A stretch of 64,000 nucleotides of DNA from Acidimicrobiia bacterium (lineage in GTDB: Bacteria; Actinomycetota; Acidimicrobiia; Spongiisociales; UBA5794), in contig QJWC01000028.1 of assembly GCA_003235475.1 (NCBI GenBank), positions 1,188 to 65,187 on the forward strand, read 5' to 3'. A program made the translations under genes and the position numbers. A model generated the notes under the pieces. It made no database searches and was not told the DNA's origin. It saw nothing but the letters and a program-made list of their open reading frames with translations. This document shows, piece after piece, positions 48,154 to 56,196 of this stretch (the stretch's first letter is position 1; every line of letters begins with the position of its first letter).

Positions 48154-49070
48154 GTGCCGTCCCCGAGCATGCCTGCGGCCGCGAGGGCATCGAGTGGTTC
48201 ATCGATGTCGCACGACCCGAAGGCCGTGAACCCGATGTTCCTCGACCGGCGCACCGCCGATCCTGCGAAGTGGAGATCGCGCCACGATGCGGTCGCGGCA
48301 CCCATGTGGAAGGCGGTCTCGTCGGCTTCACCCACGATCGACGCGACGGTGTCACGGTCCGCGCCCTCTCGAGCCGCAACGCCCGCGATCACGATGTTCA
48401 CGAACCCGTGCCGCCAGACACCGAGGTTGTCATCGAAGTGGCGGACGGGCTGGTGGAGGCCGGCAGTGGCCTTGAACGGCACCTGTCGGTTCGTGGCCTC
48501 GACGATGAAGTCCGTGAGCTCGTCGACCGACGGGAAGAGGTCAGGGGTGGCGCCGCCACAGCGCAGCTTCACGCCGCCTGACCGACCGCGGGCGACGAGT
48601 ACGTCCCTCACGGCGCCGATCTGCAGACCGAAGTCGACCGCGCGGTCCACCTCGACGAAGAGCGCGGCCTCGTTGTCTGCGACCGACATTGCATCGACCA
48701 GTTTCTCGACGCCGTCCGGCGACGCATCGGTGAGCTTCGCCTCGATGCCGGTCACCTTCATCGCGGGATCCATCTCACGCGCAAAGGACGAGGCGAGCAC
48801 TCCCGACTCGCCGGGCCCTCGGTCATAGATGACACCGACGGCCCACGGTTCGGACCCCTCGACAAAGGTCTGGGATGCAACCGCGGCAAGCTCCTCGAGT
48901 TGGCTCGCACGGCTGAGGAATCTGCCGACGATCCATTGCTGGTCAGACGCCTTGAGCCGCAGGTAGTCCTCGACCGCGTCCTCCACCGACAGCGATGCGG
49001 GCGGGAACACGCCGGCGTAGTCGATGAGTCCGCCGAGCGCAGCGGTGCGGGCGTCGAGGATGAGCCTCAT
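48150..49070 (-). CDS. Conserved-looking hypothetical protein embedded in the homogentisate operon
   Basis: 306 aa. ATGA overlap with the hmgA stop and GTGA overlap with the fahA start. Motifs GVKLRCGG and FKATAGLHQPVRH. No family recognised. Confidence 0.7.
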   Translation of the reverse strand: MRLILDARTAALGGLIDYAGVFPPASLSVEDAVEDYLRLKASDQQWIVGRFLSRASQLEELAAVASQTFVEGSEPWAVGVIYDRGPGESGVLASSFAREMDPAMKVTGIEAKLTDASPDGVEKLVDAMSVADNEAALFVEVDRAVDFGLQIGAVRDVLVARGRSGGVKLRCGGATPDLFPSVDELTDFIVEATNRQVPFKATAGLHQPVRHFDDNLGVWRHGFVNIVIAGVAAREGADRDTVASIVGEADETAFHMGAATASWRDLHFAGSAVRRSRNIGFTAFGSCDIDEPLDALAAAGMLGDGT

Positions 49071-50233
49071 CGGCCCTCGAGCCACGTCCAGGCGTAGCTG
49101 TCCTCTTCCGAGTCCCGCGCGCCCGGGCCGAGGTCGAGGGGGCGGAACGTGTCGATCATCACCGCAAGCTCCTCGGTCCCGGCCTTGCCGATGCTCGCCT
49201 CGACGGACCCCGGCTGTGGGCCGTGCGTGTGGCCGCCAGGGTGCAGCGAGATCGAGCCCTTCTCGATTCCTGCGCCCTTCCGAGACATGAAGTCGCCGTC
49301 CACATAGAACAGCACCTCATCCGAATCGACGTTTGCGTGGTTGTACGGGGCTGGGATCGCCTGCGGGTGGTAGTCGAAGAGCCGTGGGACGAACGAGCAC
49401 ACGACGACCCCGGGCGCCTCGAACGTCTGATGCACGGGCGGGGGCTGGTGGACACGGCCCGTGATCGGTTCGAAGTCGTGGATCGAGAACTTGTGCGGGT
49501 ACAGGCACCCGTCCCAGCCGACGACATCGAAGGGATGGTGCTCGTAGACGAACCGCGTCATGCCCCCGCGGTGCTTGACCATGACCTCGACGTCCGAGCC
49601 GTGTGCGAGGAGAGGTTCGGTGGGGCCGTGGAGGTCGCGCTCGCAGTACGGCGCGTGTTCGAGGTATTGGCCGTTGCGCGACAGGTACCGCCTCGGCGGG
49701 CCGATGTGGCCCCGTGTCTCGAGGATGAGCGCCCGGACGGGCTCGCTCGACTCGTCGAGCTCGTACCGGTGGATCACCGACGCGGGGATGATCAGGTAGT
49801 CACCGGGCTCGAACCGGATCGCGCCGAACACGGTTTCGAGCGTGCCGATTCCCTGCTCTATGTAGACCATCTCGTCACCGGTGGCGTTCTTGTAGAGACC
49901 AGAGCTGTCGGATCCGACGTAGTACGAGATCGTGCAGTCCTCGTTGCCGAGCAGCACCGCACGCGTCATGACGAGGTCGCCGCCGGCCTTGAGCTGGTGT
50001 GTGCGAAAGTGACGCGGTCGGAGTGGGTGGTTCGGCTTCGTCTCCTGGGTCTCGACGTCGACGCCCTCGATCGCCTTCAGGGCCGTTGGCGGATACCGGT
50101 GGTAGAGCAGTGCGGAATCGAACGAGAAGCCCTCCTCGCCCATGAGTTCCTCGGCGTAGAGCGAACCGTTCGGTTGCCGGAACTGGGTATGGCGCTTGGC
50201 CGGTATCTCGCCGACGGACTGGTAATACGGCAT
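49067..50233 (-). CDS. hmgA: Homogentisate 1,2-dioxygenase
   Basis: 388 aa, short bacterial form. HPFDVVGWDG, NHANVDSDEVLFY and SLHPGGHTHGP. Confidence 0.9.
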   Translation of the reverse strand: MPYYQSVGEIPAKRHTQFRQPNGSLYAEELMGEEGFSFDSALLYHRYPPTALKAIEGVDVETQETKPNHPLRPRHFRTHQLKAGGDLVMTRAVLLGNEDCTISYYVGSDSSGLYKNATGDEMVYIEQGIGTLETVFGAIRFEPGDYLIIPASVIHRYELDESSEPVRALILETRGHIGPPRRYLSRNGQYLEHAPYCERDLHGPTEPLLAHGSDVEVMVKHRGGMTRFVYEHHPFDVVGWDGCLYPHKFSIHDFEPITGRVHQPPPVHQTFEAPGVVVCSFVPRLFDYHPQAIPAPYNHANVDSDEVLFYVDGDFMSRKGAGIEKGSISLHPGGHTHGPQPGSVEASIGKAGTEELAVMIDTFRPLDLGPGARDSEEDSYAWTWLEGR

Positions 50234-50347
50234 CGAGGTCCCTTCTTGCTCGCGCCCATGGTACGGAACCCGCCACCGTTCGGGAGGGGTGGGAGCGTCG
50301 CGATCCTGCGATAATCAGGGTGAGCGAGCTCCCATGGAGGATGGCTG

Positions 50348-51463
50348 ATGGACATCGATCTCACGTTGCGTGCGAAGGAGTTTGCGTCCAAGGATCCCTT
50401 CCCGATGATGGGCTTCGGCCCGATCGAATGGTGGGTGGGCAACGCATTCATGACGGCGCAGGCGTTCCGGGCGTTGCTCGGAATGGAGATCGTCGGGTAC
50501 GCGGGCCCTGAGACGGGTGTGAGGGATCGTTCCTCGTACCTGCTCAAGAGTGATCAGATCCGGTTCATCGTCACCGGCTGTCAGGACGGAGACCACGAGA
50601 TCGCCGAACACGTCAAGCTGCACGGGCCCGGCATCAAGGATGTGGGATTCCTCGTGCCGGATGCCGTGCACGCGCACGCCATGGCGGTCGAGCGCGGTGC
50701 CGAGTCCTACCGAGAGCCTGTGAAGATCGAGAACGATCGTGGCCGGATGGTCATCGGGGCCATCAGGACGTATGGCGAGACCGTGCACTCCCTCATCGAG
50801 CTCGAAGGCGAGGATCCGCGGTTCGAGGAGCGCACCGACACGATCGCCCGCCCGACTGGCCTCCACGCCGTCGACCACGTCGTCGCCAACGTCGAGCTCG
50901 GCAAGATGAACGAGTGGGTCGGGTTCTACGAAAAGATCTTCTCGTTCACCATGTTGCGGCATTTCGACGACGAGGCGATCTCGACCGAGTACACGGCGTT
51001 GATGTCGAAGGTGATGGCAGGCGGCAACGGAATCATCAAGCTGCCGATCAACGAACCCGCAGATGGCAAGAAGAAGAGCCAGATCGAGGAGTACCTCGAC
51101 TTCTACAAGACGCCTGGCGTGCAGCACATCGCCATGTCCACCGACGACCTCCAGACGACGATCTCGGACATCCATGGCAGGGGCCTCGAGACGATCTACG
51201 TGCCGCACGAGTACTACCCGGAGGCCAAGGAGCGGCTCGCTGGTATCGACCTCGATTGGGACAACCTCGAGGCCGAGAGCATCCTCGTCGACAAGGACGA
51301 TGACGGGTATCTGCTCCAGACGTTTTCGAAGATGCTCCAGGACCGACCGACGGTGTTCTTCGAGTTTATCGAGCGCCGCGGTGCGACCGGGTTCGGCGTC
51401 GGCAACTTCAAGGCCCTGTTCGAGAGCATCGAGCGCGAGCAGGCCAAGCGCGGCAACCTCTAG
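50348..51463 (+). CDS. hppD: 4-hydroxyphenylpyruvate dioxygenase
   Basis: DHVVANVELGKM, SQIEEYLDFYKTPGVQHIA, and FFEFIERRGATGFGVGNFKALFESIE. Confidence 0.95.
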   Translation: MDIDLTLRAKEFASKDPFPMMGFGPIEWWVGNAFMTAQAFRALLGMEIVGYAGPETGVRDRSSYLLKSDQIRFIVTGCQDGDHEIAEHVKLHGPGIKDVGFLVPDAVHAHAMAVERGAESYREPVKIENDRGRMVIGAIRTYGETVHSLIELEGEDPRFEERTDTIARPTGLHAVDHVVANVELGKMNEWVGFYEKIFSFTMLRHFDDEAISTEYTALMSKVMAGGNGIIKLPINEPADGKKKSQIEEYLDFYKTPGVQHIAMSTDDLQTTISDIHGRGLETIYVPHEYYPEAKERLAGIDLDWDNLEAESILVDKDDDGYLLQTFSKMLQDRPTVFFEFIERRGATGFGVGNFKALFESIEREQAKRGNL

Positions 51464-51481
51464 ACCGTCAGCCACCGCACC

Positions 51482-52327
51482 ATGCCATCCCCGATCTCGT
51501 TCCTCTCCGACTTCGGACATGACGACGAGTTCGTGGGTGTCGTCCATGGGGTGATCGCCCGCATCGCGCCGGACGTGAAGGTGATCGACATCACCCACGG
51601 GATCAGGCGGGGCGACATCCATGGAGGGGCGCTTGCGCTGACCAGGGCGGTCCAGTTCATGCCCGATGGTGTGTTCCTCGCGGTCGTCGACCCGGGTGTG
51701 GGCACGGAACGCAGGGCGATCGCGGCGCGCTCGCCGGTCGGGTTCTTCGTGGGCCCTGACAATGGCGTCCTTGCCCCCGCGGTGGCCATGGTTGGCGGGG
51801 CCGACCTCATCGTGTCGCTCGAGGACGAACGATTCCGCCTCCCGACACCGGGCGCCACCTTCCACGGCCGCGATGTCTTCGGGCCTGCGGCCGCGGTACT
51901 CGCGTCGAACCAGGCCGATATCACGGACCTCGGTCCCGCCCTTCCACCCGATTCGATCCAACCCCTGCTCGTTCCGTTGGCGGAACCCGCAGGGAACGGA
52001 GGCATCAAGGCGACGGCGCTGTGGGTGGACACGTTCGGGAACATCCAATTCAACATCGCAGCCGAGGACCTCGAGCGTCTCGAGCTGTCAACGGGAGACG
52101 ACGTCCTGATGTCCCACAATGTGATCGAACACCGGGTGCGTTGGGGTGTGTCGTACGGATCGGTCGAGGAAGGCGAGGCGGTGTTCCACGTCGACTCCCA
52201 CGGCCAGATCGCGTTGGCGGTCCGTGGCGAGAGCGCAGCGGAAACCTTCGACATGGGCGCCGGGGACTCAGTCGTCATCGGCCGCCCTGACGGCGGCAAC
52301 ACCATCGAGATCCGCGCGGTCGGCTAG
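51482..52327 (+). CDS. SAM hydrolase / SAM-dependent halogenase family protein (DUF62)
   Basis: ISFLSDFGHDDEFVGVVHGVI, VVDPGVGTERR, FHGRDVFGP, and VDTFGN. Confidence 0.85.
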   Translation: MPSPISFLSDFGHDDEFVGVVHGVIARIAPDVKVIDITHGIRRGDIHGGALALTRAVQFMPDGVFLAVVDPGVGTERRAIAARSPVGFFVGPDNGVLAPAVAMVGGADLIVSLEDERFRLPTPGATFHGRDVFGPAAAVLASNQADITDLGPALPPDSIQPLLVPLAEPAGNGGIKATALWVDTFGNIQFNIAAEDLERLELSTGDDVLMSHNVIEHRVRWGVSYGSVEEGEAVFHVDSHGQIALAVRGESAAETFDMGAGDSVVIGRPDGGNTIEIRAVG

Positions 52328-52451
52328 GGCGTCAATCCGCCCGTCACCAGCTTGATGATGAATGCAAGCACGATGAACGCGAGCAGTGCAGCGACAGCGA
52401 TGGAAGTGACGGGCCTCACGACCCACGAAGATACCCGTAGGCTCCCGCCCG

Positions 52452-52685
52452 ATGTCCGTCACGATCTACACGCGCCAGGGTTGTCATTTGTGCGACGAAG
52501 GGATCGCCGCGGCGCGGTCGGTCTTCGGTGACGACATTTCTCTGATCGACGTCGACCTCGACCTCGCCCTCCTCGAACGGTTTGATACGCGGGTCCCGGT
52601 GATCGTCGCCGAAGACGGTACCGTGATCGACGAGGGGATCGTGGATCGCGCGGTACTCGTCCGTCATGCAAGGCGGCATGCGTGA
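52452..52685 (+). CDS. Glutaredoxin-like small protein
   Basis: Thioredoxin-fold start IYTRQGCHLCDE (CxxC) and RVPVI. Confidence 0.8.
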   Translation: MSVTIYTRQGCHLCDEGIAAARSVFGDDISLIDVDLDLALLERFDTRVPVIVAEDGTVIDEGIVDRAVLVRHARRHA

Positions 52686-53512
52686 GTCAGATCCTGGCGC
52701 TCCTCTCGGGGGCGATGTTCGGCATCGCCGACTTCTCGGGTGGTCTCGGATCGAGGCGAATGGGGGCTTATCGCTTCACCGCCTGGGCCCAGGTTCTTGC
52801 CGTTCCCGTTCTCATTGCGGGCGTCTTCCTCGTGAGAGCGGACGATGTGCGTTCGTCGGACCTCGCCTTCGGCGCCGTGGCTGGCCTGCTCGGTCTCGTG
52901 GGGTTGTTCGCGCTGTACTCGGCGCTGGCGGCTGGGACGATGTCGACGGTGGCACCCATCACCGGGGTACTCACCGTTGGGATTCCGATCGTGTGGGGCG
53001 TCACGACGGGCGACGCGATCGGAGCCCTCCAGTGGCTCGGGATCGTTGCAGCCATCGTGGGCATCCTTCTCATCGCAAGGGATCACAAGCACGCTCGGCT
53101 CACGCGAGCCGTCGCAGTCCAGGCGGTTGTCGCCTCGCTCGGTTTCGCGGGCTTCTATGTGATTCTGGATCTGGCGTCCGACGACGCCGGGTTGTGGCCG
53201 ATCGTTGCGGCGCGGTCGGTGACGATCCCGGCCGCGTTCGTCGTGGCCCTCATCGCGACCAGGTCGGTTGCGGCCCCGACGCGATCTGCGCTTCCGTACG
53301 TGGCTGCAACAGGACTCCTCGACGCGACCGCAAACTTCTTCGTGCTGCGTGCGCTCCAGACCGGGCCGATATCGATCGCGGTGGTGCTCAACGGTCTGTA
53401 TCCCGTGTTCACGACGATCGCAGCGATCATCTTCCTCCGGGAGCGCCCCACGAGGTCACAAGGGTCTGGCATCGCGCTCGCGACCGCTGCGTCGGTGTTG
53501 TTGCTGCTCTAG
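52682..53512 (+). CDS. EamA/DMT family transporter
   Basis: Ten-TM pattern. GTGA overlap with the glutaredoxin-like gene. Confidence 0.8.
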   Translation: MSQILALLSGAMFGIADFSGGLGSRRMGAYRFTAWAQVLAVPVLIAGVFLVRADDVRSSDLAFGAVAGLLGLVGLFALYSALAAGTMSTVAPITGVLTVGIPIVWGVTTGDAIGALQWLGIVAAIVGILLIARDHKHARLTRAVAVQAVVASLGFAGFYVILDLASDDAGLWPIVAARSVTIPAAFVVALIATRSVAAPTRSALPYVAATGLLDATANFFVLRALQTGPISIAVVLNGLYPVFTTIAAIIFLRERPTRSQGSGIALATAASVLLLL

Positions 53513-53524
53513 CGGTGAAGGCGA

Positions 53525-54748
53525 TCAGGATCCGATGTTGACGGTCTTCTCGATGGCCTTGTAGATGTGCTCGGACATCTTCGCTTCCTCGGGGTCGAGG
53601 AGGTTGGCCATCACCTTCAGCGTCCACTCCATGAGGGTCTTCGATCGGAGGCCGACCGTGGTGAGGGAACGCATAACGGCCGGGTTCCCGATCGCCTTCA
53701 CGAACACCCTCGCGACACGGTGGTAGTCGCCGTACGTCGCTTCGAGCTCCGCCGAATACCCGGCGAGCCCGGTCCGGTTCCCACCGAGAGCGTCCGCAAC
53801 GTGAGCTGCCGCCATCCGGCCGGTCTCGTAGGCGTAATCGATGCCCTCACCGTTGAAGGGATTCACCGCACCGGCGGCATCACCCACCAGGATCCAGTTG
53901 TTTCCCACCTTCGGGCCCACGCTCATCGACATGGGCAGCTTGCCGCCGATCGGCTTCGTGTGGACGGTCTCCTCGGTGATCTTCCAGTGCTCGGGGAGCG
54001 AGGCCGCGTATGCCTCGAGCATCTCGGAGGTATTCACGTCCTTCCACCCCTTGAACGTGGACACGAGTCCCGCCCCGACGTTGATCTCGCCGTCGCCCAG
54101 AGGAAACACCCACCCGTATCCGGGCATCGCCCTTCCCTGACGATCCCGCATGTCGAGTTGCGATTCGATGAACCGGTCGTCCGAGTTCGGGCTCTCCCAA
54201 TAGCCCCGCACCGCCAATCCGTACGGGAAGTCCTTGCGCCTCGCCGCACCGACGCCGCGGCCGAAGCGAGAGTTCGACCCGTCTGCGATGACCACGAACC
54301 TCGGGTGCACCTCGTGCCTGTCAACGCCGTCGTCGAGGACGACACCGGTGACAGTGTCCTGGTCGACGACCGGCGTTGCGGTCGTGCCCTCCGTCACGGT
54401 TGCGCCCTGCGCCGCGGCCATCGCGGCCACCGTGCCGTCGAGATCGGCGCGGCGCATCGTCGCACCCCAGTTCGGGAACTCGGAGTGGTCAGGCCACGGA
54501 AGCTCGATCTTCAGATCACCCGCATAGGCGCGAAGGCCTTCGACGCGGTGGAGGTCGAGGCCGTCGAAGTCGAACCCCATGTCGAGCAGCTGTTTGATGG
54601 CCCTCGGGGTGAGGCCGTCGCCACACGCCTTTTCCCGCGGGTACCTCTTCTTCTCGACGAGGTGGACGTCGACGCCGTTTCGCGCGAGCCAGTACGCCGT
54701 GGATGCTCCACCGGGTCCGCCGCCTACCACAAGGACATCAGATGTCAT
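53525..54748 (-). CDS. Geranylgeranyl reductase family FAD-dependent oxidoreductase (possibly an isoprenoid-quinone side-chain reductase)
   Basis: VLVVGGGPGGAS, KACGDGLTP, and LVGDAAGAVNPFNGEGI. Confidence 0.88.
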   Translation of the reverse strand: MTSDVLVVGGGPGGASTAYWLARNGVDVHLVEKKRYPREKACGDGLTPRAIKQLLDMGFDFDGLDLHRVEGLRAYAGDLKIELPWPDHSEFPNWGATMRRADLDGTVAAMAAAQGATVTEGTTATPVVDQDTVTGVVLDDGVDRHEVHPRFVVIADGSNSRFGRGVGAARRKDFPYGLAVRGYWESPNSDDRFIESQLDMRDRQGRAMPGYGWVFPLGDGEINVGAGLVSTFKGWKDVNTSEMLEAYAASLPEHWKITEETVHTKPIGGKLPMSMSVGPKVGNNWILVGDAAGAVNPFNGEGIDYAYETGRMAAAHVADALGGNRTGLAGYSAELEATYGDYHRVARVFVKAIGNPAVMRSLTTVGLRSKTLMEWTLKVMANLLDPEEAKMSEHIYKAIEKTVNIGS

Positions 54749-54786
54749 GGGGGAAGGGTACTGAGCAGCCGGAAACGGTCGACCGG

Positions 54787-56196
54787 CTACGGCGCGCTTG
54801 CCTCTGTGCTATCGGCAGCCTCGACGAGCCCGCAGTCCACCTCGGCCTCCTCGATGGACTCGCCACCGAACTGCACGCGTTCGTACAGGACCACCGCCCT
54901 CAGCTGCTCTTCGGAGAGCGAGGACCCGAAGGAAGGCATGACACCGAAGCCGCCGACGGGCTTGTTGGTCGCACCGTATGTCGCGTCTGGCCAATTGGCC
55001 GTGCCGAGGCTGACCCATTCGACGTGGTCAGCGCACGAGCCGCTCGGGAACGTTGCGAGCACCGCGCCCCCGGCGAATGCGGGGCCAGCGCCGCCACCAC
55101 CGTCTGCACCGTGGCATGCGGCGCACTGGGTGAACACGCCAGCACCCATAGCGAAGTAGTCGACGCTTGCCGCGCCGTAGCTCGAACCGTCGCAGTTGAC
55201 CGCGAGGCCGGTCGAGGGATCGACGAGCAGCTGACCGCCAGTGCCGCAGTCGGGGCCGTTCGGCGACACGAGGATGTAGATCACTGCGAGGAGGGGAATG
55301 AGCACGAAGGCGGCTGCCAGCCACGCGGGGTACCTCCCTCGCCTTGCTCCGGCCTCGTCGCCTGCTTCGCCGGTTTGTGGCTCTGCAGCGGTCGCCTCGA
55401 TGACCTCGACCTCGGCATCCGGTACCTCTTCGTCCGTCGCCGTCTCCATGGCGGGAGCCGCTGGTTCCTCGGCGGCGTCTGGGGGAGCAGGGGAGGGCGC
55501 GTCTGCGCTCACGGAGGCCACGTCGACACCGGCCCATTCGGCGAGGACGGCTTCGAGCGGCTCGCCTGTCTTCTTCGCCCGGGCCTCGGCCGAACGCTTT
55601 GCGAGCGCAGCAGGCATTCCCTTGGTCTCGGCGACCTTGTCGAGAAGTTCGTCCATCGACATCGCTCCTGCCGCCGCTGCGACGGGTGACTCCTGGGTGG
55701 GCTCCTGCACGGCAGAAGGCTCCGCAGCGGGCGCCGGTTCGAGTTCCGGTGCGGGTGCGGTCGGTGGTGCAGCCGCCGACGGCTTCGCGCGGAGATCCGC
55801 TTCGATCTCCTCGAGGGTTGACCCGGCCCAATCCGCAAGCACTTCGTCGACGGAGGACTTGGAGTTCTTGGCGCGCGCCTCGGCAGACGACAGAACGAGC
55901 TTGGGTGGCATCCGCTTCGCCTCGGCAGCAAGCTTCACCAGATAATCGGTGGTGAGCGTGGCTGGTGCGACAACGGCCTCCTCACCCACCGGCTCGGCGG
56001 CGGCCTCCGCCGCGGGGGCTGCGGACTCGGCTGGTGCGGGGCTGGATGCTGCGCTGGCATCCTCGCCAGCCCACTCCAGCAGGACCGCTTCGAGGGTCGT
56101 TCCCGTCTTCTCGGCCCGAGCCTTCGCCGATCGCTCGACGAGCGATGCGGGCATCCCCCGGATCTCAGCCACCTTCTGTAGCAGTTCGTCCATCAT
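54787..56196 (-). CDS. Membrane-anchored monoheme c-type cytochrome with three N-terminal repeat modules
   Basis: Three copies of a module of about 43 aa, Ala/Pro linkers, TM AWLAAAFVLIPLLAVIYILV, heme site CAACH and GVMPSF (Met ligand). The ATG directly follows the stop of the upstream gene. Confidence 0.8.
   Translation of the reverse strand: MMDELLQKVAEIRGMPASLVERSAKARAEKTGTTLEAVLLEWAGEDASAASSPAPAESAAPAAEAAAEPVGEEAVVAPATLTTDYLVKLAAEAKRMPPKLVLSSAEARAKNSKSSVDEVLADWAGSTLEEIEADLRAKPSAAAPPTAPAPELEPAPAAEPSAVQEPTQESPVAAAAGAMSMDELLDKVAETKGMPAALAKRSAEARAKKTGEPLEAVLAEWAGVDVASVSADAPSPAPPDAAEEPAAPAMETATDEEVPDAEVEVIEATAAEPQTGEAGDEAGARRGRYPAWLAAAFVLIPLLAVIYILVSPNGPDCGTGGQLLVDPSTGLAVNCDGSSYGAASVDYFAMGAGVFTQCAACHGADGGGGAGPAFAGGAVLATFPSGSCADHVEWVSLGTANWPDATYGATNKPVGGFGVMPSFGSSLSEEQLRAVVLYERVQFGGESIEEAEVDCGLVEAADSTEASAP

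Noticed and set aside
50315-52048. 577-aa ORF on the minus strand
   Set aside because: It runs antisense through hppD and the DUF62 gene, both of which have unmistakable family motifs. Its composition (Arg/Asp/His/Val/Glu-rich, no motifs) is typical of stop-free antisense frames in high-GC DNA.
53567-55159. 530-aa ORF on the plus strand
   Set aside because: It is antisense to the geranylgeranyl reductase and cytochrome c genes. It has no motifs and a biased Arg/His/Val composition.
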